Notes under the pieces: generated by a model | The model's database searches: none | Told to the model about the DNA's origin: nothing | The model's input: only the letters and a program-made list of their open reading frames with translations | NCBI GenBank assembly: GCA_964016885.1 | Contig: OZ024740.1 | Span: 254,634,001-254,698,000 of the forward strand | Length of the DNA: 64,000 bases | Direction of reading: 5' to 3' | Source of the DNA: Eledone cirrhosa | Lineage: Eukaryota | Position numbers and translations under genes: made by a program | Shown here: piece by piece, positions 42,536 through 55,711 of the stretch | Layout of the letters: every line of letters starts with the position of its first letter | How positions within the stretch are numbered: the stretch's first letter is position 1

Positions 42536-45500
42536 ACATCGTCAGTGTTGCTATTATGTTTCCTCCCGTTGCATTGTATGCTTACGCCATCTTTATTTAG
42601 TCTGTTTATTTATTTATTTATTTGTTTATTTATTTATTTATTTTTTTGTCTTCTCTGCGCATACGTTTGTGTGTGTGTATAGTGTTTTGTTTGATGTGTG
42701 TTCTTGTTTGGGTGACTGTGTATTGGTTAATGTAGTCTATCTTAGTTTACTAGTATGTGTTTATATGTGTTTGTTGTCATTGTGCTTGTGTATGTATTTA
42801 TTTATTTATTTATTTATACTTCTCTTAGGTCAGTGTTATTTGTTTGGGTGTTGTTGTTATTCCATTCATTTTTTCTGTTTAGCCTTGGCCTTCTAAGTTC
42901 TAGTTCGCTGGCCTCTCTGATTTGCCTATCTGCTGGGTCATTTCTATGTTTAGATATTATTCTAACTTCTATGTTGTCTATGTTACCGTTGTGTTGTTGT
43001 CTGGCATGTTCGTATAGTACTGAACCGTTTTTTCGTCCTTTTAGTTCCCCCCAGTGTTGGTCTATCCTTTCACCTATGCTACGAGCTGTCTCGCCTATGT
43101 ATGTTGTTGTCATGTTTCTGCAAGTACCCTCTGTACATCTCATGCTATAGACTACGTTTCTAGTTTTACAGTTTATCGGTGGTTTACTCTACATATGATA
43201 CATTTCCTATTAGTACAGTGGGTTTTCTTAAAAGGGTAGGTTTTGCTGATCAGGGATTTTATGGTGGGTCCTGGCTTTTCTACCACCTTAATCTTTAAGT
43301 GGGTCTTTCTCAGGGCCTTTCTACACTGGTTAGCTAATTTCCCTCCAGGGGTAGCGTCCACGAACATGACACTCTGGTATCTCTGGTTGTCGTACCATAA
43401 GGTGGCTTTCCCTATCTTATGTCTAGTCCTATCTAAGCTATTCCATGATTTGCTCCTGTATAATGGGCAAATTCCTTTCATGTCCAGTCCTACGAGGGTC
43501 TTATACTTCTCTGTGGCTCCTTCGTATACTCTGATTCTGTCTCTTTGGTTGTAGCCAGAGAACTGCATGCGGTTGATGAAGTGTTGGATGTGTCTTTCCA
43601 TTTCTGTTGGGTCGCACATGCGGGACACGTTCTTCATCACTCGTACCAAGTCTGCGATCAGAATATTAAACTTAGCACTACTGGACATTGCTGAGTTTTT
43701 GAGTATCAGGTATTTGGAGGCCATGGGTTTAGCATAGTGTGAGTGGAGAATTTGGGCTCTCTCGTCTATAGCGTAAATCCAGAATTCCGTGTCTAATACA
43801 GGTAATCTATTGTTAGGGTGTTTGGAAGGGTAGTCGATAGTTACAGTTATGCTTTGGTGTATGGAATTAGCTATCTGCTGGATGCTTTCCATTGTGCTAC
43901 GTTCTAAATCAAACTTGTTAGTGCTCTCTTGTGGGGATGTCCTTATTACTATATTGATGTCGTCTACGTAACGAGAGTACAAGATGAGGTCTATGGAGCT
44001 CTCATCAAGGAGATCTTTGAGTCTCCTTTCCCACCATATCATAAAAAGGTTGGCAACGTCACCAGCTATGCTGACGCCAATGGCTGCTCCCTCATTTTGG
44101 GTGTAGATCTTCTCGTTGAACTTGAATATGTGGCCCTTTAGGGTAGTTTTGATACTAGTCCCTATTGCATGTGCGACCATTTTTCTTACCTGATCATTGT
44201 TTTGGGGGGTCCGTATAGCTTTGGTCCACCCAATCCACCTTCCCATGGGAGTCTTTTTTGCCATTGAGGTTATGGTGGGGGGGTTTACCTCTTATGGGTC
44301 TACTGGGGCAGAAACGTCTAAGGTCATGGCTGTCTAGCTAGTCAGTGTCGTAGGTAAGTCTAAGTAGGAGGCCCAGTTCGTCTGTGTCGACGTCGCAGAA
44401 CTCCACCTCACTCTTAATGATCATCTCCACACATTTTTCCACAGCAAAATCAATGTTAATGGATGGGTACAGTGATACCACATCCATACTGCCTATTATG
44501 CAGTTGGATAGGTTCCTGTTTTTGTTGCACTCACTGATTCTGCTGAGGAGGTCGTCTGTACTGTCACATACATCTGGGGACATCTTGATTATGGGGCGTA
44601 TAACCATTGAGAGGAAGTAGGAGATCCTGTAGTTGCTAGCTATATTTGCTCCGCATAAAGGTCTTGTTGGTGGTCCTGTTGTCGGGTCGTCGACTGTCTT
44701 GTGGTCTTCGCGGAGCCCATACAAGAGTGGTATGCCATTGTTGGACGCCTGGAAGTTGTTGGCAGTGCGTCTGCTTGGCTTTAGGATGTCGGTCCACATC
44801 ATCTTGTGAGCGTTGAGGATTTTCTCTCTCCCATCATGTATTTGCTGTGCAAGTTCGCTCGTGTTGGTGATGAGGGGTTGCATAGCCTTGATGTAGTTCG
44901 GCATGCTGTCTATTGACATCCTAGCAGACTTATCCGTGGGTAGACATACTACCTCACCATCCCTTATGCGCTGCTTGAGGCTAAACAAGCCTTCTACAGG
45001 TTTCCTCTCAAGTTATTGGACCTCTGGTCTGCTCTGTCTCTTAGTATACCGGTCTACTATTTGTCTAATCTTATTTCTAGCTATGGTGAACTGTGCCTCT
45101 GTCTCGTCATCTATTTGTTGTGGTATGCAAACTCTTTTATTAAAGGGTAACCTCGTAGGATAGATATTACCCATCTTATATGTTTTGTCAGCTGGGTTGA
45201 AGAATAGTTTCTCTAAGGGGTTGTCATTATATCTATCGTCATAGTTGTGTGTGTTGCTATTATTGTTATTATGGTGGTTGTTGTTGTTCCTATCATTAGC
45301 ATTATTATTATTGTTATGATTGCTAGATGTATTGTTGCTGTGATTGTTGGATGTATTGTTGTTGTTTTCTCCACCGTTATTGTTGTTGTTACTGTTATTT
45401 CTACCATTGTGGTTGTTACTTTTATTATGTTTCTTGTTTTTGTTGTGTCTATCATTGATGTTGCTACATATATTATTTCTATTATTACCACTGTGGTTGT

Positions 45501-47310
45501 TGTTGTTGTTATTCGTATTGTTACCGTTATTACTACTGTGGTCGCTGCTGCTGTGTCTGTAATTAATGTTTCTATTATTATTATTATTGTGGTTGTTGTT
45601 GTTGTTCTGTCTATCGTTAGTATTATTACCATTATTACTATTTCTCACTCTCCTGCTATTGTTATTGTTATGACTATTACTATTATAGCTGTTATTTCTA
45701 TACTCAGAGTTATTGTTTATATTACTACTACCGTCATTATTGTTGTTGCTGTCCGTATAGTAGTTGTTGTTGTTTACTTTTGCATTCCAACGTATTTTTG
45801 TGAAACACTTTTCCAGCTCCGTTTTGCACTCAATAGGGTTAATCTTTTTGTAGATGGCAAATTTTGGTGGTAGCTGCAGGATCCGTTGTTCTTCTTCACT
45901 GATTAAAATGTTCCCATGAATATTTACTGTGTGGTCATTGGTAAATTCTTCCGGTAGTTTTACATCAGTCATACGGATATTGTTGATGTTATCTGGGTAT
46001 TTTTGTGAATATTCTATTTTTCTCTCTTCTAGTTTTTTCTTATTCATCCATTCTAATTTCTTATTGAAATGCCTATTGCATTCGTGTTTTGGCGTATTTC
46101 GTTTCACATCATGACGCTCATGGAGTCATCCCTTTCGTTTGGTGCGGTGAGATTTTGGACTTCCTTACCGTTAATGCGTTTCTGTCTGTAAAGTTCGTTA
46201 ACTTTTGTGTATGTTGTTCTTTTCATATTAACTGTTATTGTGTGTTTTAGTCGTTCAGCTTGTGTTTGGTTCAATAATAAATTATTTACTTGTTTTGATA
46301 TGTTTGTTGTGTATATTTTGGAGGAAACACAGTGTTTTAAGAAGCGGATTTATTCTGTTGTTATTGTAGTTTTTATATAACAGAAAACGGTGACTTTCAA
46401 TAACCTTTCAGCTTGGCACAAGCTAATGCCATAACGGCGATGAATTAGTTTTGCTAGGTTTTTGATATGAAATCGTGTGTCGAAACAAATATTGTTATAC
46501 TTGGGGAGGGTCATATTTGTGTAATATTGCCAGAATTAATAACAGGACACACTCACTGTTTGGTTGGTTTTCGCTTCTGTGTCTTTTATATCGGTTAATT
46601 TAATTTATTCGGTCCTCAATGTTGCCATTGACTGACCAACGGTCAAAAATACAGATACAATATAGACACAAACACATATATATAGTCTATCAAAGTTCTT
46701 TCGTTGCACGTCTGCAACATCGTCAGTGTTGCTATTATGTTTCCTCCCGTTGCATTGTATGCTTACGCTATCTTTATTTAGTCTTGTTTGGGTGACTGTG
46801 TATTGGTTAATGTATTCTATCTTAGTTTACTAGTGTGTGTTTATATGAGTTTGTTGTTATTGTGCTTGTGTATGTATTTATCTATTTATTTATACTTCTC
46901 TTAGATCAGTGTTGTTTGTTTGGGTGTTGTTGTTATTCCATTCATTTTTTCTATTTAGCCTTGGCCTTCTAAGTTCTATTTCGCTGGCCTCTCTGATTTG
47001 CCTATCTGCTGGGTCATTTCTATGTTTAGATATTATTCTAACTTCTATGTTGTCTATATTACCGTTGTGTTGTTGTCTGGCATGTTCGTATAGTACTGAA
47101 CCGTTTTTTCGTCCTTTTAGTCCCCCCCCCCCCCAGTGTTGGTCTATCCTTTCACCTATGCTACGAGCTGTCTCGCGTATGTATGTTGTTGTCATATTTC
47201 TGCAAGTACCCTCTGTACATCTTATGCTATAGACTACGTTTCTAATTTTACAGTTTATCGGGGGTTTACTCTACATATGATACATTTCCTATTAGTACAG
47301 TGGGTTTTCT
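42536..47310 (-). mobile_element. Essentially full-length family A PLE in partial-tandem arrangement (upstream pLTR 46433-47310 plus ORF ~46432-42814), frameshifted
   Basis: The ORF pieces give an N-term, Asn-rich insert, PTDKS, SMDVVSLYPSI, GAAIG, YSRYVDD, LPVLD, and a GIY-YIG with CCHH. The upstream repeat duplicates the EN and 3' UTR and ends at cgccgttATG. Confidence 0.93.
46690..46729 (-). ncRNA. Minimal hammerhead motif in upstream pLTR
   Basis: ca-CTGACGA-T-GTTGCA gacg TGCAAC-GAAA-GAAC-TT-tg. Confidence 0.6.
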
Positions 47311-47315
47311 TAATA

Positions 47316-47354
47316 TGAACCTGAAGATTACGAAAGCATGAAAGTACTTGTTCA
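47316..47354 (+). ncRNA. Minimal hammerhead-like motif
   Basis: tgaac-CTGAAGA-..-GAAA-GTAC-TT-gttca; palindromic stem III AGTACT, weak stem II. Confidence 0.5.
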
Positions 47355-47466
47355 ATTAACACTTAACATTTAATATTCTACCATACTATTTCATTCTAAT
47401 ACCATTATAAATTTTAAAGGATTGTAAATAAAACGAGTAAATCAGACAAAGTTGGAATTCCTTTTA

Positions 47467-47504
<38 letters not shown>

Positions 47505-47534
47505 ATATGATATATATATATATGATAACTGGAA

Positions 47535-48503
47535 TTTCTTACGTGACAACTTACTGCAGGCTACTGAAGAAACTTGTGGTTGGGGAAGAGCTTCAACCAG
47601 ATAGAATGACCTGGTGGTCGAACAGCACGGTAGATAGGGCCATTAGAGACAAAAGACTAGCATGGAATGCTTGGAAAAATGGTGGGAGTAGAGAAGGATA
47701 CACAGCCACTAAGAGAGATGCTAGATGTACTTAGCACGCAGGGAGGCTGAGAGTAGGAGGTTTGCCAATGTTCTGCGACGAGAGGATCAGAGGCGTGCGG
47801 TGTTCCGCATTGCAAGGCAGTGTGTCAATGCAAATCAGGATGTTGTTGGAGATAAGTGTGTCCGGAATGATACCAGTGTACTTAGTGTCACGAATGATCA
47901 GAAAAAGGAGGCCTGGAAATGTCATTATGAGAGACTGATGAATGTGGTTAATAGCTTTCAGTACCAAGGTGATCAGATTAGCATGGGAGGGAGGTGTTCC
48001 GAGGCTATAGTATCTAGAATAAGGACGCGTTGGAAGAAGTTTAGGGAGCTGCTTCCTCTACTGACGAAGAAGGGTTTCTCCCTGCGTACGAAAATCCAGT
48101 TATATGATGCGTGTGGGAGGTGCGCGATGCAGCATGGTAGTGAGACATGCGCAACAACTGCAGAGGATATGCGACCGCTGGAGAGAAATGTGGCAAGCAT
48201 GCTACGTTGGATGTACAATGTCAATGTATGTGAACAACCGAGCATGGATGTGTTCAGAGAGAAACTGTGTTTAAGAGGGATAAGTTGTAGTGTGCGGGAG
48301 AGAAGACTGCGATGGTATGGACATGTGAAGCGCATGGAAGATGACGGCCGGGTAAAGAAGTGCCAAGAAATGCCAGACCTCAGATCGCTGAAGCTCACGG
48401 AGGAGATGAGGAAGGGCCGTGACAAGTGCAGAGATGCTGTGCTGAATAGGACTCGTCCCACCCTTGCAAGAAGGGAAAAGCGGACGTAAAATGATGATGA
48501 TGA
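47535..48503 (+). mobile_element. RTE LINE, internally deleted
   Basis: WKKFRELLPLLT..HGSET..RERRLRWYGHVKRM; (GAT)n tail. Confidence 0.85.
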
Positions 48504-48537
48504 TATATATATATATACATATATATGATATATATTA

Positions 48538-50075
48538 CCCTTTTACCTGTTCCAGCCAACCGGCTGAGGCCATTCTGGGGCACCGCCCTTGTTGCTACAC
48601 ATTTTATCTCCAACCTGTATTGGTTGGCCACTGGTGCAAGAGGGAGTTCGTTGCTGCTGCCCTTAGGTTTTCCTCGTGTCTTGCTGTGGGCTCATCCGGG
48701 ATCCTGGATAGCAAGGTGTCGAGATGTTTCTTGAAGACATCCACCTCCACACCATGCAGATCTCTCAGATCCCTCGGCAGCTTGTTGAAGAGTTGAGTGC
48801 CCTTGAACCCCAGGCTATTGCAATATCTGCTCCTTATTCTAGATGTGGAAGACGGCACCTTTGGAACCACACAGTGACGTCCTGTTCGGGGGTTGGTCCA
48901 GCTCCCAATGCCAAAGTTTGGTGCTAGTCCCTCCATGATTTTCTATATTTATATCACTGCATATGTCTCCCGTCTTCGTTCCAAGGAGTAGAGGTTCAGT
49001 TCTTTTAGCCTCTCCCAGTAGCTTATCTCCTTCATTGTCGCAATCCTCTTTGTGTAGCTTCGCTGGATTGCCTCAAGCTCCGTGGTTAGTTTGACACTAT
49101 GGGGTGACCACAGCTGGGAGCAATAGTCCAGGCGGCTTAGGACAAATGTCCTCCATAGTGTCAACATGGTGTCTCGGTCTCTTGTCCGGAAAGTCCTCAA
49201 GATCCAGCCAGCGAGTCGTCTGCACATTGTCGCCATTTTCATGATGTGTGAGGTAAAAGATGCATCGTCGCTCATGTCTATACCCATGTCTCGTATCGAT
49301 TTCGACACGAGGATATCAGTCCCTCCTGGCCCTGCGTAACTGTGTTGTACTGTATTTGTGTTTGCAGGTTTGTATTGTAGGGCTTGGAATTTGCCAGCAT
49401 TAAAGTGCATGTTGTTGTATTCCGCCCATTTGTATATGGCACCCAGATCTTGTTGTAAAAGGCCAACGTCAGCCAGGTTTTTGATTGCCTGTGCTACCTT
49501 AGTATCATCAGCATAGCTAGTGAGGGATGTATGTACTACATGTCTGAGTGAGCCAACAAAAACAGTAGTGGTCCCAGGACTGTGCCTTGGGGCACTCCAC
49601 TTGTTATTGATGTTTCCTTTAAGAGGGCCCCGTTTGCTGCAAATGTCTGGCTTCTGTCCTTTAAGAAGTCATGGAGCCACTCACCTACTTTTCCAGTTAT
49701 GCCGAGTCTGTGTAGCTTGTGACATATCATTCCGTAGTCGACCTTGTCAGAGGCCTTCGCAAAGTCAAGATATATCACGTCCACATGTGCGCTGTCTAGC
49801 AGTTGTTTCAGTATCCAGTTGTAGTGATGTAGCAGCTGTGTAAGGCAGCTTCTTCCTGGGTGAAAGCTATGCTGCGTGCTAGTTAGGAAGTCATTTTCCT
49901 CGAGGAACATGATCAGTTTCTTTCTGATGATTCGCTCCATGACCTTATTGATATGTGACGTCAGGGAGACTGGCCTATAGTATTTTGCCTCAGCTCTGCT
50001 TCCTCCTTTAATGATAAGGCATATTGTGTCTTTTTTCAGCTATCTGGGTAGTTTACCGCTAGCCAAGGAGCATCT
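48538..50075 (-). mobile_element. CR1-type LINE 3' half
   Basis: VDVIYLDFAKA.DKV, SGVPQGTVLGPLLF, YADDTKV, DYCSQLWSP. Confidence 0.9.
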
Positions 50076-50205
50076 TTTCCGGACTTTCGCAGTTAGCTCC
50101 CTTACACCTTTCGCCCGTGGTTTTGTATCGCTGAGGTGAAGTGACCGTTTCTGCGCATGCGCGTTCATACCGTTGTTATTCCTGTTCCGTATAACCATGA
50201 CCAGT

Positions 50206-50246
50206 CCGAGCTGAAGATCTGCATAAGGTGAAACAATTGTTCTCGG
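50206..50246 (+). ncRNA. Minimal type I hammerhead ribozyme
   Basis: ccgag-CTGAAGA-tc tgcataa ggt-GAAAC-AATT-GTT-ctcgg. Confidence 0.72.
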
Positions 50247-50507
50247 TATGGTGAACTAACTGTTGTGTTACTACTTCTACCAAACTGGTCCTACGGATAT
50301 TACCTTCCAGTGTTCTACCTCTATATATAATATATATATATACATATGTATTATATATATATATATATATAATATATATATGATATATATATATAATATA
50401 TATATATACATATATATATATAATATATTAAGTGTTTCCGTGTATGTTGGTTAATTTCCTATAACTGTAGAGTGTTCAACTGAAAGATAAATAATATATA
50501 TATATGT

Positions 50508-50755
50508 GAAGGTGCATGGCTTAGTGGTTAGAGCTTGCAATCGAAAGGTTGTGAGTTCAATTCTCGGACCGGGTGATGTGTTGTTTCCTTGAGCAAGACA
50601 CTTTATTTCACGTTGCTCCAGTTTACTCAGCTGTAGAAATGAGTACCGGCCTGCCCGCCCAGCGAGTGGGATGGCCTTATCTTATGGCTAAAACAGCACG
50701 ACGTGTTGTGACCAGCGGTGCCGATTGGCGCCCGACGGACTGGTCGGTCAAGGTG
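50508..50755 (+). mobile_element. tRNA-derived SINE
   Basis: A box TGGCTTAGTGG, B box GTTCAATTC, body CCTTGAGCAAGACACTTTATTTCAC. Confidence 0.8.
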
Positions 50756-52874
50756 ATATATATATAATTGTTTCTACTTTTGGCACAAGGCCAGCAATTA
50801 CCCAGTGCATTACTGGTACTTTATTTTATCGGCCCCGTAAGAATGAAAGGCAAAGTTAACCTCGGCGGGATTTGAACTCAGATCATACAGAGAGGTAACT
50901 CATTAGTTTACGATCTTTTCTGGGGGTAGTTCTCCGTATGGTCATTCTATTAGTGATCTATGTAAAATATATTACAAATTATCAAAGTAAGAAAATATAC
51001 ATACGTCTTCCCTACCCGCCGTCGATGGATTCCGCCCAGGTTACGGACCTTGTGGGCCTCTTTCTCCTATATAATTTAAATTCCTCTTTTCCCCACCTCA
51101 AAGGTGATCTATATCGCGATGACTGTTTTCTTCTATCTAACAATCTTAGTCTCTCAGCAATTGAGAGAAATAAAAAACAAATTAGGTAATTCCTCAAAGA
51201 TTACTATAATCTTACCATTACTTTTGAAAATAACACTAAAGTGGTCAATTTCCTCGGCATCACTTTGGATCTATCAACAGGCATTTACCAACCCTACCAT
51301 AAACCAAACCAAAACCTGCATTATATACACTCACAATCTAACCAACCTGCAATTCTCGATAAACATTTCCCACCTAACCACAAATACCATCAAATCTTAA
51401 ACAGATATACAGTAAAATTTTCTTACTCCACATCGAGCAATATACAACAAAAAATAAGTGCATATAACATCTATAAATGTAAAAAAGCTCCACGTATACC
51501 ACACACAATAGCACACCACACACAAACTAACTATAATAATACTACAACGCATAACCAGAATATTATTACCTAACCACCAGTTACATCCACTCACTCATCT
51601 CACCAACACAATACATCAGCCTACAACCAACTACCATCGTCCTCATCCTTAATAGGAACTAAGAATTACATACCCAATCTGACCAATAACTTCCAAAACA
51701 ACCATGATTCTATAAACACTATATCCCCTATAATTTCACCAACTAACAACCCTTTGAGCCATGGCCACCCAACCACAAACCCTAAATATAAAAATGTAAA
51801 TACAAATACTAGCACTATTATTGGGAATATAGCAAGCACATCTGAAACCCTATGTACAAGCGGGTGTAACTGTAGAGTACAAAGTAATTTCCCCTTAAAT
51901 GGAAATTGCTTAATTAATAATATAGTGTATAAATGTATAATTACCACTAAGGACTCTAATCAATCCTATATTGGATCCACATCTAATCCGTTTAAATCGA
52001 GATTTTATGCACACACCCACAGTTTTCGAAACACAAGATTAGCTAATACCACTTCTTTAGCGGAAGCAGTTAATAATTGTAAAAAGAAGAAAATTAATTA
52101 TAACCTAACTTGGAAGATTCTCAAAAGAGCCATTTCTTATCAGGGCAATAGAAAGGAGTGTGGACTATGTTCCCAAGAAATTTTTGAAATTACTAAATCG
52201 AAAGACATTCTATTAAATAAAAGACAGGAATTAATTATCGCATGTAACCATAGAATTAGAAAGACATTCAAGTATTATAAATACAACTAAACAAATAAAG
52301 AAAATAATATAAAGAATATATATATATGTATATATATATTTTTGTTATTAGAATTAATCCATAGATTCAATCCTATATCTCATCCCTATAACTGTTTTAA
52401 ATAATTAACTATTAATGAGCACTATATATTACATTACTCTAACAAAACTTTAACAGAAATGCATTTAAACCTATTAAGAAAACCAGATTAATAATGAGAT
52501 TTCTTATTCGAAAATAAAATTCCCTACAGGTAAAACTTCATTCTGACCACTCTAACACAATACAATACTTACACAAATTTTATTATTTTCTTACCTATAT
52601 ATTTTTTTATCTAAATTTTACTTTTCTTTGGTTCCATCTATATTCCTCTACTTGTTCTATTTTTACAACAAATTATTCCTCTTGAACAAAGAAATAATAA
52701 ATATTTAGGATTGTTCTATACTATTCTACTGGATATAACACACTGATATCTGCACCCCTTTTCCTTCAACTTTAATCTTCCTTGACCGTCCACACTTTTC
52801 TATACAATCTGTCTAAATTCCTTTACACTCGCAACTTTCTTTTCTTTTCTTAAAAGTCATACGATACCTCATCC

Positions 52875-53058
52875 CCTTTTAAGAACAAGGTTGAGATTGA
52901 ACAATAGTAAAAATAGGAAGGGGCAATATAGATCATTAAGCTAGTAGTAGTAGATGAATAAATTAGCAAATTTATTCATCTACTACTACCAGCTTAATGA
53001 TCTATATTGCCCCTTCCTATTTTTACTATTGTTCAATCTCAACCTTGTTCTTAAAAGG
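52875..53058. repeat. Near-perfect palindrome, 90-bp arms, 4-nt loop
   Basis: 52875-52964 is the reverse complement of 52969-53058 with about one mismatch. Confidence 0.9.
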
Positions 53059-53102
53059 TTACTTATTCATACATGTTTTATATTCTTCAATAAACAAAAC
53101 TC

Positions 53103-53233
53103 TATTTCTGAAGACGGCGGGTAGGGAAGACGTATGTATATTTTCTTACTTTGATAATTTGTAATATATTTTACATAGATCACTAATAGAATGAACATAC
53201 GGGGAACTACCCTCCAGAAACGATCGTAAAATA
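53103..53233 (+). ncRNA. Type I hammerhead ribozyme with ~100-nt stem II
   Basis: tattt-CTGAAGA-cgg cgggtag..ctaccc tcca-GAAAC-GATC-GTA-aaata; palindromic stem III ACGATCGT. Confidence 0.78.
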
Positions 53234-53476
53234 ATGAATTTTACTATGAATTACCCGTATTTTGTTTAATTTCATTGTTTTCCCTATATATATATAATGA
53301 AGGAAGTGTTGTAAGGAACCAGGTGGATCATAACGCACCAGAGTTCTCGATACTTTGGGTAAGTAGAGTGGATAATAGGAAAAGAGTCAGGACCCAGACG
53401 GCAGAGCTCAAGCCGTTTCAACGGCTATTTCTGGACTCCAGAAATAGCCATCGAATATATATATATATGATATATA

Positions 53477-54035
53477 TCTGTATATATATAAAGACGAAGT
53501 TTTCTGTATGTGTGTGTGAGGACAATTTTTAATGAGGGCTCATATATTCTAAACCATTCATGCGATTTCTTTGAAATTTTTTACACAAAACCTGTACATG
53601 ATCTACAAAGGCTTTCAAAAATCGATATTGTACTTGAAACAAAAGGTACGCTTCCTTGAGACTAACAATATCATTTTGAATATTTCACAACCAGCAATTT
53701 CTAACAGATTACTAAGTTAAGTTATAGATTTGACATTGTATAATTTATCGTTTCAAGCTTGATGTTCATACATTAAGTGGTGTCATAACTTTTACAATAT
53801 TATGCTTTGTACATAATAGTGTCTATTATTCACTTCACTATTTCATGATGCGCTTTTACTATTGTCAAAAAAGACACCGAGCTCACATATTAATTATTTC
53901 GCTGGAATAGTGCCTAAGGTTTACATGTTTACATAAAGTACGTTTTTCTTCTATGTATTCAAATTTACTTTGTTTAGTTTAATGAGCTACATCGAAAGCT
54001 ACTTGAACCGTCCAAAGGACGGGTAGTTTAGCTAG
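53477..54035 (+). mobile_element. Non-autonomous Helitron
   Basis: A|TC start, hairpin CCGTCC-aaa-GGACGG 9 nt before terminal CTAG|T. Confidence 0.8.
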
Positions 54036-54046
54036 TATATATATAT

Positions 54047-55700
54047 AAACCAACCTACCTTCTACGTTCTTTAAGCTAATTGAGAAACACTTCCCTAAAC
54101 TACACAAATACCATAGAATCTTTAACAGAAAAACTATCAAACTCTCTTACTCTACTGCAGCCAACATAGAATCAACTATAGAAAATAACCTACCAACATA
54201 CACCATAGCACCAAATACAAAACGCAAACAGATAATAACCACACACACGTCAGAGCACATCGCAGCAAAACATCATTAAGCCTAAATCTCAGCCCATCCC
54301 TAACAAGATACAAAACCGCAACGGAGAACCTGCACACAGAAAGGCCCCCAACTGTAATTGCCACCTGCCGGATAAATGCCCACTACAAAATAGATGCCTG
54401 GAATCAAGTATAGTGTACCTGTGTACTATCAAATCAAGCCACTTAGCATGGCATTACATAGGTTCTACGGCTGGGGAATTAAAAAAAAAGATGGTATGTA
54501 CATAGACATTCTATAAAAAACCGTAGACTAGAGAACTCAACGACGCTGGCCAATAAAATCTGGCAGCTTAAGGACACCAACCAGGAATATGGGATTAGCT
54601 AGTCGAAATTATCGAGGGCAACGGCCTACGATAATGGAATGCTCCATATTTTAAAGTATGATAAGATGCTGCTTAACAACAAAATAGAACGATCAATTTT
54701 ATGTAGGTACAAAGCAGCTACCAAGTTCTCTTACTCCAAACCGGCATGATTCGATCCAGCAATCTCAGAATTCAAGCAGAACCAACCGGGTTTTAATGTA
54801 CTGACTACATACCACCCCACTGTTATTAGCTGTCAACTGGTCATTAAATCAACATCATAAATCCCCCCTTTCTTTCACTCTCTCTCTCTCTATAGCCACA
54901 TCACCTCCATTAAGATAACACAATCAGTCTGCCAGACATTTACCACCCGTATATCATCTCGGCCCCTTTCACTTTTTATTCTCTATCTACTCCTTCCCCG
55001 CCCTTAGGTATCATCCTCGAATCCTTATCCCCATTCTCTGTCTCCTGTCCCTTATCTCTTCCTCTCTCACTTATTTTTTTAATCTTTTATTTTTTTTTTT
55101 ATTCTAGTCTTCTGAGATTTGATCATACCTCTTGCATTTATACTACATAACATGTATTTAGTGTTTCTTTTCATGTTATTGTTAGTTCTACTGTCATCAC
55201 TACTTTACACGTCCACTTACTCACCATTATAACTTCAACTACCACCACTACTATTATCAACAATTGTATTCTGTACTTATTTTTTTTTACATCTTTATCA
55301 TTTTCATTCTAACTTCTTTATTATTGATGTTATTGTTTTGATTCTCCGATGTATATATATACCAATGCCGTGTGTTACACCCTCCAGTATTCCGATGATT
55401 TGATCAGACACACTGGTCGAGTGACGCAACTTCGGGTGATTAGCGGCCTTTAGACTCACCTGATCAATGAAACAATTGCTAATACTGTAAATAAAACCCT
55501 TTTTGTACAGCCGACCATGTTATTCTTCACTTTCACTACTATTACTCCAAGAATAACCTGCTTGAGAATTCTCACAAACTCGCTACCTAACTAAGGAAAC
55601 CTCTTGTTGAGTTAAACAACGCCGTAGGTTAAAACTATCCATAATACAGAGTACTCATAACCTCTAACTGGATTACCTAAGACGATATCTTGTTATCCCA
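54047..55700 (+). mobile_element. Hydra-clade-like PLE 3' part with pLTR reading into the next 5' end
   Basis: NCNCHLPDKCPLQNRCLE..VYLC..HYIGST. 55500-55700 matches the 5' end of the 31160-34660 element. Confidence 0.82.
55385..55487 (+). ncRNA. Hammerhead motif, CCGAUGA core, long stem II, triplet mutated
   Basis: cagtatt-CCGATGA-tttgatcag..ctgatcaat-GAAAC-AATT-GCT-aatactg. Confidence 0.6.
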
Positions 55701-55711
55701 TATATATATAT

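Larger units (their letters stand above)
50895..53285 (+). mobile_element. Hydra-clade-like PLE, 5'-truncated, with inverted pLTR
   Basis: DSAQVTDLVG, LYRDD, GCNCR..PLNGNCL...IVYKC..YIGST..FKSRF..CGLCSQE..CNH. 50905-51023 inverts 53113-53230. Confidence 0.9.

Noticed and set aside
42814-46432. Selenoprotein-encoding or N-terminal-EN (Naiad-type) PLE
   Set aside because: The EN is C-terminal, ORF breaks are frameshifts or ordinary stops rather than conserved in-frame UGAs, and no SECIS was recognised.
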